From: Gaiellaceae bacterium
GTDB lineage: Bacteria > Actinomycetota > Thermoleophilia > Gaiellales > Gaiellaceae
DNA: 64,000 nt
NCBI GenBank assembly: GCA_036824245.1
Contig: DAITAO010000001.1
Coordinates: forward strand, 42,964 to 106,963
Direction: 5' to 3'
The notes beneath the pieces were generated by a model that saw only the letters and a program-made list of their open reading frames with translations, was not told the origin of the DNA and ran no database searches. Every line of letters starts with the position of its first letter. Position 1 is the first letter of the stretch. The position numbers and the translations under genes are program-made. Positions 26,665 to 34,054 of this stretch are shown here, piece after piece.

Positions 26665-27254
26665 CTGTCCCAACAGAACTTGACCGCCGCTTCCGAGAGG
26701 CGGCCGCCGCCGAAGGCCTCCTCGACGTGGCGTACGACCTTGCCGACTCCCCGCTCGGCCCGCTCCTCCTGGCCCGCAGCGAGCGCGGCGTCTGCCGCAT
26801 CACCTACGACCCAGTCCCCGAGCTGCTCGAGGAGGAGCTGGCCCGCACGTTCGGCGCACGCCTTCTGCGCGTGCCGCGTGCGGTCGACGATGCCCGCCGC
26901 CAGCTGGACGAGTACTTCGAGGGCGGCCGCCACGACTTCGCCCTCTCAGTAGACCTACGCCTCGCGCGCGACTTCAGCCGGCGTGTGCTCGAGGAGCTTG
27001 CCCGAGTCCCCTACGGTGAGCTCACGACCTACGGCACGCTGGCCGCGCGTGCCGGACGCCCACGCGCAGCGCGGGCCGTCGGCACGGTCATGAACCGCAA
27101 TCCCATTCCGATCGTGCTCCCCTGCCACCGCGTCGTCGGCTCGACGGGTGCGCTCGTGGGTTACGGCGGGGGCCTCGACCGCAAGCGACGGCTCCTTGCG
27201 CTGGAGGGCGCCATGCTCGACGAGCGAGCCGGTAGTAGCACGCGTCGACGCTAG
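26661..27254 (+). CDS. ogt: methylated-DNA--protein-cysteine S-methyltransferase
   Basis: 197 aa. Active-site IPIVLPCHRVVGSTG and the N-terminal Ogt domain (SPLGPLLLARSERGV). Confidence 0.92.
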   Translation: MTVPTELDRRFREAAAAEGLLDVAYDLADSPLGPLLLARSERGVCRITYDPVPELLEEELARTFGARLLRVPRAVDDARRQLDEYFEGGRHDFALSVDLRLARDFSRRVLEELARVPYGELTTYGTLAARAGRPRAARAVGTVMNRNPIPIVLPCHRVVGSTGALVGYGGGLDRKRRLLALEGAMLDERAGSSTRRR

Positions 27255-27277
27255 CCGGCCGCGGGTCGGAGTGCCTC

Positions 27278-27296
27278 GCCGCCGGACCCCGGCGGC
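27278..27296 (+). terminator. GC hairpin downstream of ogt
   Basis: GCCGCCGG-ACC-CCGGCGGC, a perfect 8-bp stem 24 nt after the ogt stop. No U-tract. Confidence 0.35.
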
Positions 27297-27391
27297 CCCC
27301 CGCCGCTGTGGCGCCCCCGGAAAGTCGCCTCTGCGAGCTCCTTCGGGCAGTAATAGTTCCCGGAGGTGCGTCCAGAAAGCGCTGCCGGCTA

Positions 27392-28012
27392 CTAGCGGCG
27401 GTTGAGCCGCTCGACGCCGTCGAGCAGTTGCCAGTTGCCGCCCAGCGCCGCCTCTGCCGCCGCGGCCAGCCGGTGGGTGTCCTCGGGCCCCGCCTCTGCG
27501 GCGAGAATCTGCTCCGCCCGCTCCGCATGGTCGTGGTCGCGCTCGGCATGGATCCTGAAGTACGCCAGGGCCGGCGAGCCCTCGTCGAACCCGTAGTGCC
27601 GGACGAGTCCGCGCAGCTTCGTTTCTGCAATCGCCGGCTGGGTCGACTCCACTGCATAGAGAACTGCCGTCGCGACGAGCGGGTCGGAGGGTGCCCAGCT
27701 CTCCACGCAGCGCACTGTCTCCGGCGCGGCCTCGGCAGGATCGCCACCCACAGCGGTGGCCCACGCATCCCAGAGCGTCACGTGCGCGGCCTCCTCGGCG
27801 GCGTGCTCGGGCGTCCCGTAAGCAGCGGACGCGCGCGCGGCGCGGGCGACGGCCGTGACAGCGTGGCGGTACTGGCCTGCGTACGTCTGTAGCTCCTCGG
27901 CGGTCAGCGCGCCGCCGTCCCACCGCTCGTAGAACGAATGCTCAAGGACGTTCCATCGTTCCTGCGCCTCACGAATCCGGGCCGTCAGCTCCACCGAAGA
28001 CTCCTTTCCCAC
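27392..28012 (-). CDS. TenA/PqqC/CADD-like heme-oxygenase-fold protein
   Basis: 206 aa all-helical protein. HSFYERWDGGALTAEELQTYAGQY, EEAAHVTLW and HAERDHDHAE suggest a diiron/TenA-like family. The call is from recollection of family features. Confidence 0.55.
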   Translation of the reverse strand: MGKESSVELTARIREAQERWNVLEHSFYERWDGGALTAEELQTYAGQYRHAVTAVARAARASAAYGTPEHAAEEAAHVTLWDAWATAVGGDPAEAAPETVRCVESWAPSDPLVATAVLYAVESTQPAIAETKLRGLVRHYGFDEGSPALAYFRIHAERDHDHAERAEQILAAEAGPEDTHRLAAAAEAALGGNWQLLDGVERLNRR

Positions 28013-28054
28013 TCGCGTTCGGAACTTCGGACTCTACTGCGAGAGGCGGCGTTC

Positions 28055-28086
28055 TTGACGTCAACATTGGTAAGTGTATCCTTACC
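28055..28086 (+). promoter_or_regulatory. candidate arsR promoter (TTGACG-N16-TATCCT) with inverted repeat GGTAAG-N6-CTTACC
   Basis: -35 at 28055-28060 (inside the palindrome TTGACGTCAA). -10 at 28077-28082, 8 nt before the GTG at 28091. The inverted repeat at 28069-28086 overlaps the -10, as expected for an ArsR/SmtB autorepressor site. Confidence 0.4.
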
Positions 28087-28090
28087 GTAA

Positions 28091-28402
28091 GTGGTGGCTT
28101 ACGGAAAAGGAATCGAGGCATTGGCTGACGGGACGCGCCGTGCAGTCTTCGAGCAACTGCGGGGAGGCCCGCGCTCGGTCGGCGACATCGCGCGGGGGTT
28201 GCCGGTCAGCCGACCGGCCGTCTCGCAACATCTGCGCGTGCTGAAGGACGCGGGGCTCGTGAGCGACGAGCGGGTCGGGACACGGCGGCTGTACCGGATC
28301 GCGCCCGACGGGCTCGCCGAGCTGCGCGCCTACATCAATGACTTCTGGAGCCATGCGCTGGCGCAGTTCAAGCAGGCAGTCGAGGAGGAGGAAGAGCAAT
28401 GA
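28091..28402 (+). CDS. ArsR/SmtB-family transcriptional regulator
   Basis: 103 aa. Winged helix-turn-helix SVGDIARGLPVSRPAVSQHLRVLKDAGLV. Confidence 0.9.
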   Translation: MVAYGKGIEALADGTRRAVFEQLRGGPRSVGDIARGLPVSRPAVSQHLRVLKDAGLVSDERVGTRRLYRIAPDGLAELRAYINDFWSHALAQFKQAVEEEEEQ

Positions 28403-28863
28403 GTACGCAAGCCGAAGCGACCGCCGCCGTCCAGAAAACCGTGACGGTGAAGCGGCCAATCGAGGATGCGTTTCAGGTCTTCACCGAGCGCATCGGCAGC
28501 TGGTGGCCGACCAAGCAGTATTCGCTCGGCCAGGAGAAGGTGAAGACGGTGCTTTTCGAGACCAAGGCGGGCGGACGCATCTATGAGATCCAGGAGGACG
28601 GCACCGAGGCCGACTGGGCCGAGGTGCTCGAGTGGGATCCGCCGCGCCGTTTCGTGCTCGCATGGAATCCGATCGAGAACCCGGACGCCAGGCCGGCAAC
28701 GGAGGTCGAGGTGCGCTTCACGAGCGAGGGCGAGGGGACACGGGTCGACGTGACGCACCGCGGCTGGGAACGGCTCGGCGGCGGGGCCGCGGGGGCTCGT
28801 CGCGGCTACGACAGCGGCTGGGACGAGGTGCTCGGCGAATACGTCGCGGAGGCGAAGCGCTAG
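28399..28863 (+). CDS. SRPBCC/AHSA1-domain protein
   Basis: 154 aa. Has IEDAFQVFTERIGSWWP and WDPPRRFVLAW. 4-nt overlap with arsR, which is the common ArsR-AHSA1 pair. Confidence 0.8.
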   Translation: MSTQAEATAAVQKTVTVKRPIEDAFQVFTERIGSWWPTKQYSLGQEKVKTVLFETKAGGRIYEIQEDGTEADWAEVLEWDPPRRFVLAWNPIENPDARPATEVEVRFTSEGEGTRVDVTHRGWERLGGGAAGARRGYDSGWDEVLGEYVAEAKR

Positions 28864-28872
28864 CGAGAGACA

Positions 28873-28900
28873 GGGGTGAGGCGCACCTGCGCCTCACCCC
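28873..28900. terminator. bidirectional terminator-like hairpin
   Basis: GGGGTGAGGCGCA-CC-TGCGCCTCACCCC, a 13-nt perfect inverted repeat between the convergent SRPBCC and exported-protein genes. Confidence 0.55.
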
Positions 28901-28909
28901 TTCCGGCGC

Positions 28910-29467
28910 TTACCCGTACACGTAGAGAGCGTCGTACGCGGTGTAGTAACCGTGTGCGTCCCAACCGTACGCGTGGTAGCGCGAGTGCAATGCGGCGATG
29001 TCGTACGGGTACGAGATCTTGATGCAGCCGTTCGAGTAGTAGTCGTGGGCGCCGTCCCAGCACCACGGCTCGCACCACTGTCCCTGCCACGGGCTCTCCT
29101 CGGTGTGGATGAAGAGAGCCGTCCGCCACGTGCCGTTGTAGCACTGCCGATCGCTCAGCTGCCAGACGCGGCCCTTGATGTCGCTGTCGTAGCTGTCGAA
29201 GTGCCCGACCGTGTTGTAGCTCCCGCTCGGCAGCCAGCCGTGGTTGATCCAGCACGTGTCGGTCGATACTCCGGATCCGGCGCGCCAGCTGTCGGAGTAG
29301 ACGAGGCCGTCGTAGGGATCCGTCCAACCGAACGTCAGTGTCGAGCTGAGGTTGCTCTGTTTGTAGAAGGTGAAACGCCAGCCGTCGGCGCTCGAGGGAG
29401 CGGCGAGCGCAAGGGCAAGCGCAAAAACTACGGCGAGCACCGCTCGCAGGAGCATCATGGCATGCAT
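28910..29467 (-). CDS. exported Trp/Tyr/Cys-rich protein with YkuD (L,D-transpeptidase)-like H...SNGC(I)K motif
   Basis: Signal peptide MHAMMLLRAVLAVVFALALALAAPSSADG. The mature part has FIHTEES...YYSNGCIKIS. The start overlaps the upstream gene stop. Confidence 0.6.
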   Translation of the reverse strand: MHAMMLLRAVLAVVFALALALAAPSSADGWRFTFYKQSNLSSTLTFGWTDPYDGLVYSDSWRAGSGVSTDTCWINHGWLPSGSYNTVGHFDSYDSDIKGRVWQLSDRQCYNGTWRTALFIHTEESPWQGQWCEPWCWDGAHDYYSNGCIKISYPYDIAALHSRYHAYGWDAHGYYTAYDALYVYG

Positions 29468-30705
29468 CAGCCTTCTCCTCTCTCGCTCGTCAGAACCTCG
29501 ATCCACGTGCGTGGTGCCACGTCCTGACCGCGCCGGCACTCGACCGTTCGCCGCTCGCAGGCGACCACGAAGCTCGCGCCCTGTGCGTCGGCCTCGCCCA
29601 TGCCGCCCTCCACCTGCTTGCGGCTGAGTGGCTCGACGACGGTCGCCACTGCGGCGACGCGCTCTCCGGCGTCGTCGAGGAAGCGCGGTGAGCCGATGCC
29701 CCCTGACCTGAAGGCTCCTGCGCCGAAGTCGAGCACTTGCTCCAGCGCTATCGCATCGTGCAGCCGGAAGATGACGAGCTTCTCGTTGCCGGCAGCAACG
29801 ACGAGGTCATTCACCCAGTCGCCGCCGTACGCGACCGGGCCCACGGCGCCGAGATCGAGCGACCCCACCACTGCACCAGTGGCGGTCTCGAGCACTTCCA
29901 CCCGCGCCGGCTCGGACCGCGAGATGAGCATGCGCTCACCGGAAGGCTCGATCGCGACGATGCTCGCGTCGTCGCTCACGAGCCGCGCACGGCCCGGCCC
30001 GTCGAAGACCAGCACGTCCAGCCGCTCGCCGTGCGGCCGCCGATACGCGACGAGGCGCTTCCCGGCCCAACCGACCACGACGTAGCGCGCCGGGTCCGTC
30101 GTCCAGCGAGTCGGTGACGCCGAGGACGACGCCCGCACGTAGATGTGACCGCGATACGGAAGCGAGGCGCGATAGGCGGGCACGAGCGCCTCCCCGTACG
30201 CGAGAGCGCCGTCGCCTCTCCACGCGAACGAGTCGCCACCGCCGGCGACGACGACCTCGTCGCCCGTACGCTCGTCCCGCAGGCGCAGGGACGGAGTGCC
30301 GATGAGATCGCCCGGCCGGAGCCGGCTCGCGTCCAGGCCGGCGGCGGCGGTCCAGGTGGCATAGAGCAGCCAGCGGCCGTCCGGGGAGCGTGCCGCGTTC
30401 CGCGACAGCTTCCCGACAAGCGGCGCGAATAGGGGAGCGTCGAGGGTCGTGGTGCCGCCGGCGTCCTGCTCGCGCACACTCGCGCCCAACACATGGGCGA
30501 CGCCGACCTCAACGAGGCCAGGTCGTGCGATCGCCCGTTCGACCCTCGGTGACCCGGTCTCCGAAGGCCCGCTCGTGCCTCCGCAGCCGCCTCCGCAGCC
30601 GAGCGTCAGAGCCAGCACGAGGACGATGCACGCGTGTGTCAGGTCTCCCATGCTTCTGGCCGTCTCCGGGCAGCGCCGCAATTGGCTCTTTCGGACGAGC
30701 CTCAT
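29467..30705 (-). CDS. lipoprotein, probable beta-propeller
   Basis: Lipobox LALTLGCGGGCGG. Repetitive beta-strand-like segments (DGRWLLYATW, GDGALAY, RLVAYRR). The start is ATG at 30705 (4-nt overlap with the regulator stop) or 30651. Confidence 0.6.
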   Translation of the reverse strand: MRLVRKSQLRRCPETARSMGDLTHACIVLVLALTLGCGGGCGGTSGPSETGSPRVERAIARPGLVEVGVAHVLGASVREQDAGGTTTLDAPLFAPLVGKLSRNAARSPDGRWLLYATWTAAAGLDASRLRPGDLIGTPSLRLRDERTGDEVVVAGGGDSFAWRGDGALAYGEALVPAYRASLPYRGHIYVRASSSASPTRWTTDPARYVVVGWAGKRLVAYRRPHGERLDVLVFDGPGRARLVSDDASIVAIEPSGERMLISRSEPARVEVLETATGAVVGSLDLGAVGPVAYGGDWVNDLVVAAGNEKLVIFRLHDAIALEQVLDFGAGAFRSGGIGSPRFLDDAGERVAAVATVVEPLSRKQVEGGMGEADAQGASFVVACERRTVECRRGQDVAPRTWIEVLTSERGEG

Positions 30706-31397
30706 GGGTCGAGGAGGCGGTAGCCGACGCCCCAGACGTTGATCACATACGGCCGCTCCGACACCGCCGCGAGCTTGCGCCGCAGGCGTGACGCATGCGA
30801 GTCGAGCGTGCGCGTGCGGCCCAGTGAGCGGAAACCCCACACGTCTCGCAACAGCTGCTCCTTCGTGAAGACCCGCGTGGGCTCGCCCGCCAGTTTCACG
30901 AGCAGCTCGTATTCCTTCGTCGCGAGCGGGACAGCCCGCCCGCGCGCGGTCACATGGCGCGTCCTGCGGTCGACAACGATTTCTGCCGCGTGCAGTTGCT
31001 CCCGCTCCACGCCATTCGTGCGCCGAAGCACGGCGCGTATGCGGGCGAGCAGCTCGTCGTAGACCAAAGGCTGCTCCATGTAGTCATCGCAGCCGCGCGC
31101 GAACGCGCGCACACGATCGACGGGATCCGCCAACTCCTCGCCTAGCAGGATGACGGGCACATCGCGGTCCCACGAGCGGCCCGGTTCCCCCTCGCGCAAG
31201 CGGGCGCACACGTCCAGCCCGGAGGCGTCTGGGAGGCCGCTTCCGAGCAGCACGAGGTCGGGCTGAGCTTGCTCCGCGAGGTCGAGCGCCTCGTAGGCTG
31301 CGCGGGCCTCGAGCACCTCGAAGCCGTCACGGGCGAGGTGGCGGCCGAGGAATCGACGCGTGTCGTTCTCGGATTCGGCAACCAGCAATGCGTTCAT
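30702..31397 (-). CDS. OmpR/PhoB-family regulator with degenerate (pseudo-)receiver domain
   Basis: 231 aa. The C-terminal winged-helix domain is intact (LATKEYELLVKLAGEPTRVFTKEQLLRDVWG...VWGVGYRL). In the receiver, the phospho-Asp position reads LVLLGSG, the Thr position ILLGEE and the Lys position MEQPL. Confidence 0.85.
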   Translation of the reverse strand: MNALLVAESENDTRRFLGRHLARDGFEVLEARAAYEALDLAEQAQPDLVLLGSGLPDASGLDVCARLREGEPGRSWDRDVPVILLGEELADPVDRVRAFARGCDDYMEQPLVYDELLARIRAVLRRTNGVEREQLHAAEIVVDRRTRHVTARGRAVPLATKEYELLVKLAGEPTRVFTKEQLLRDVWGFRSLGRTRTLDSHASRLRRKLAAVSERPYVINVWGVGYRLLDP

Positions 31398-31502
31398 GGC
31401 GCCGAAGGTAGTGGCGGCGAAAGCGCACCGCTAGATGTCCTTTTATGCGAGTTTGCGACGAACGATCGACAGTTTCGTCGACAGCCGTCCGCGCCGGTCA
31501 GC

Positions 31503-31835
31503 TCAGCCGGAGACGATGGCGAGCGCGATCAGGAGCGCGCCGGTGAAGAAAAAGACAGCGCCTGCGCTCAGGCTCGTGTCGCCGGGCTGTGTGCGGAGGT
31601 AAGCAGGCACACCGGGTATCCGACCCGAGGTCTCGACATTTCGCGACCAGGCAGTCTGGCCCGCAGCCCCAAGCAGGATGGTGAGTGCCCCGACGATCCA
31701 GCAAGCGATAACGAAGCCGTCCGCGAACGGCTCATCGCGAGCGAGCGCCAGCAGGCCCGCGAACGCCAGGGCGACAGCCACACCGACAACCACCCGCACA
31801 GCAAGCTGCACGAGCGCCGCGCGGACCGCCCGCAC
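31503..31835 (-). CDS. small integral membrane protein
   Basis: About 110 aa from GTG at 31835, directly after the ubiB TAG. Three to four hydrophobic helices. Confidence 0.5.
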   Translation of the reverse strand: MRAVRAALVQLAVRVVVGVAVALAFAGLLALARDEPFADGFVIACWIVGALTILLGAAGQTAWSRNVETSGRIPGVPAYLRTQPGDTSLSAGAVFFFTGALLIALAIVSG

Positions 31836-31837
31836 AG

Positions 31838-33484
31838 CTAGAGCCGGCCGTGGCGAATCACGCCGAGCAGCAGCCACGCGCCGAGCACGCCGGAGAGCAG
31901 GAAACCGATCACGGACAGGAGGTGGATGCCCAGGAGCTCAGGCCCTCCCTCGGCGAAGATGCCCATCAAGCTCGAGGCGACGAGGCCCGCAGAGACGACC
32001 ATCGCCACGACAAGCCTGTTGAAGACGACGTCCAGCTTGTGCGCAAGCTCGTCGATGCCCTTGTGCACGAAGCCCACCTCGATCTGGCCGTCGCGGGCCT
32101 GCTGGAGCACGTCGTGCAGCTGGTAGGGCAGCTCTCGGCCGATGCGGGCCAGCTCCACCGTCTCGCGTTGCGCGCGGGAAGCGATGCGGCGCGGGCTGTA
32201 GCGCCCGATCATCAGGTTGCGGGCGTACGGCTTGGCGACCTCGAAGACGTTGAAGTCCGGATAGAGCTCGACGCCCACCGACGCGAGGGTGGCGATGGCC
32301 TTGTCGAGGAGCAGGAAGCGCGTGGGCAGCTCCAGGTTGTTCGAGTAGATGAGGTCGAAGCCGTCGCGGATCACCTGAAGCGGGTCGATCTCCGACAACG
32401 CCGCGCCGTAGTAGCGATAGTAGAGCTCGCGTAGCTCCGCCGTGAACTGCGCCTCCTGGTCGAGTGGGTAACGGACGCCCAGCTCGGCGAGGCGCTTGGG
32501 CATCAGATCGACGTTCTCGTTGACAGCGTCGATGAACAGCCGCGTCATCGTCGACATGTCGGCGTCGGTCAGCTTGCCGGCCAGGCCGAAGTCGACCAGA
32601 CCGATCTGCTGCGCTCCGTCCAGAACGAGGATGTTGGCCGGGTGCGGATCGCCGTGGAAGAAGCCGTTGCGGAAGATCATCGTCATCCACGCCTCGGTGA
32701 TGATCTCGGCGAGCCGCGCGCGGTCGGCGACGGCGTAGGTGGACGCGTCCAGGTCGGCAAGCTGGATGCCGTCCAGGAACTCGAGCGTGAGCACCCGCGC
32801 CCGCGTGTAGCTCCAGTAGACCTTGGGGATGCGCACGCGGGGGTGCCCGGCGAAATGGCGCCGGAACGTGTCCGCGTTGCGCGCCTCGTTTCGGTAGTCG
32901 AGCTCCTGGCGGATCGAACGGCTGAACTCGTCGACGATGCCGCGGGCATCGATGAAGTCGAGTCGCCGCACGCGTTCTTTGGCGATCTTGGCCGCTTGGT
33001 AGAGCAGCGCAATGTCGGCCTCGATCTGGCGAGGCGCATTGGGCCGCTGCACCTTGACGGCCACGCGGTGCCCGTTCGGGAGCACGGCGTGGTGCACCTG
33101 GCCGATCGACGCGGCGGCGATCGGCACGGGCTCGAAATCGCGGAAGAGCCGCTCGATCGGTTGGCCCAGCTCGGCCTGCACGACCTGCTCAGCCTCCTCG
33201 TAGGTGAAGGGCCTCACGTCGTCCTGGAGGCCACGCAGCTCGGCGATGATGTCCGGCGGCAGGATGTCCGGCCGCATCGAGAGCAGCTGCCCGAACTTGA
33301 CGAACGTGGGCCCCAGCTCGTCGAGCATGGCCCGCAGGTGGGCGCCGCGCAGCGACGGCTCGCCGTCGACGAGCTCGGCGCGTCGCATCCGGCGTGCCTC
33401 GAACAGGAAGCCGAAGCCGTGCTTTGCCGCGACCTGTGCGATCTCCGACAGGCGGCCAAGGTTGCGTGCCGGCGCCTGCGTCAT
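31838..33484 (-). CDS. ubiB: ABC1/UbiB-family atypical kinase
   Basis: 548 aa. Has FVKFGQLLSMRPDILPPD, AAASIGQVHHAVL, VAVKVQRP and FHGDPHPANILV. Two C-terminal TM helices. Confidence 0.9.
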   Translation of the reverse strand: MTQAPARNLGRLSEIAQVAAKHGFGFLFEARRMRRAELVDGEPSLRGAHLRAMLDELGPTFVKFGQLLSMRPDILPPDIIAELRGLQDDVRPFTYEEAEQVVQAELGQPIERLFRDFEPVPIAAASIGQVHHAVLPNGHRVAVKVQRPNAPRQIEADIALLYQAAKIAKERVRRLDFIDARGIVDEFSRSIRQELDYRNEARNADTFRRHFAGHPRVRIPKVYWSYTRARVLTLEFLDGIQLADLDASTYAVADRARLAEIITEAWMTMIFRNGFFHGDPHPANILVLDGAQQIGLVDFGLAGKLTDADMSTMTRLFIDAVNENVDLMPKRLAELGVRYPLDQEAQFTAELRELYYRYYGAALSEIDPLQVIRDGFDLIYSNNLELPTRFLLLDKAIATLASVGVELYPDFNVFEVAKPYARNLMIGRYSPRRIASRAQRETVELARIGRELPYQLHDVLQQARDGQIEVGFVHKGIDELAHKLDVVFNRLVVAMVVSAGLVASSLMGIFAEGGPELLGIHLLSVIGFLLSGVLGAWLLLGVIRHGRL

Positions 33485-33543
33485 GGTTTCAGTGTGACAC
33501 GGACGCCTGCGGCCGCTGCGGCCGCCACCGGCGATTAAGGCCA

Positions 33544-33576
33544 GTCCCGCTGGGGCCGGCCGCGGGCCTCCCTCCG
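33544..33576. repeat. dispersed repeat family 1, copy B (core only)
   Basis: gtcccgctggggccggccgcgggcctccctccg is near-identical to 2771-2802 and 55105-55131. It lies between the phasin-like and ubiB genes. Confidence 0.65.
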
Positions 33577-33691
33577 CTGAGAGCCTCTTGCGCCGACGCG
33601 CGCGCGTCTGTGGCGACCTGTGCCGGTTCAGTCATGAGACCGTTGCCGAAGGGGGTTGCCGACGGCCCCATGGCCGACCCCACGGCGACGC

Positions 33692-34054
33692 TCAGCGCCC
33701 CGGCGGTGACCCGTCGCCGCCGGCCACCGGCGGCTCCAGCAGCCGCAACCGGTGCTCCAGCTGCGCAACCCGGAGCTCGAGCTCTTCGAAGCGATCGCGG
33801 GTGACGAGGCCGAGGTCGCGGAACAGGCCCTCCAGTGCGGCGCTGGCCCGCTCGCCCATACGGCCGGCCTCGCCGCGCCAGCGGGCCGTGGCCTCGTCGA
33901 TGACGGTCCGGGCGTCTTCCTTGCGCAGGCCGCCTCGCTCGGCAAGCTCCTCGGCCAGGCGGTCGGCGCGCTCAGCGGTCAGCGAGACTGCCCCCACAGC
34001 CGCGAGCCCGAGCTGCTCGAGCAGCTCCCGAGCCGAGTTAGCGGGCTCGGCCAT
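33692..34054 (-). CDS. phasin-like/coiled-coil protein
   Basis: About 120 aa from ATG at 34054 (MAEPANSARELLEQLGLAAVGAV...RFEELELRVAQLEHRL). Helical and charged. The family call is tentative. Confidence 0.45.
   Translation of the reverse strand: MAEPANSARELLEQLGLAAVGAVSLTAERADRLAEELAERGGLRKEDARTVIDEATARWRGEAGRMGERASAALEGLFRDLGLVTRDRFEELELRVAQLEHRLRLLEPPVAGGDGSPPGR

Noticed and set aside
27300-27391. A possible additional family 3 repeat copy (ccggaaagtcgcctctgcgagctccttcggg) between ogt and the TenA-like gene.
   Set aside because: Only the GAAAGTC word and a loose stem are shared. The similarity is too weak to distinguish from chance in GC-rich DNA.
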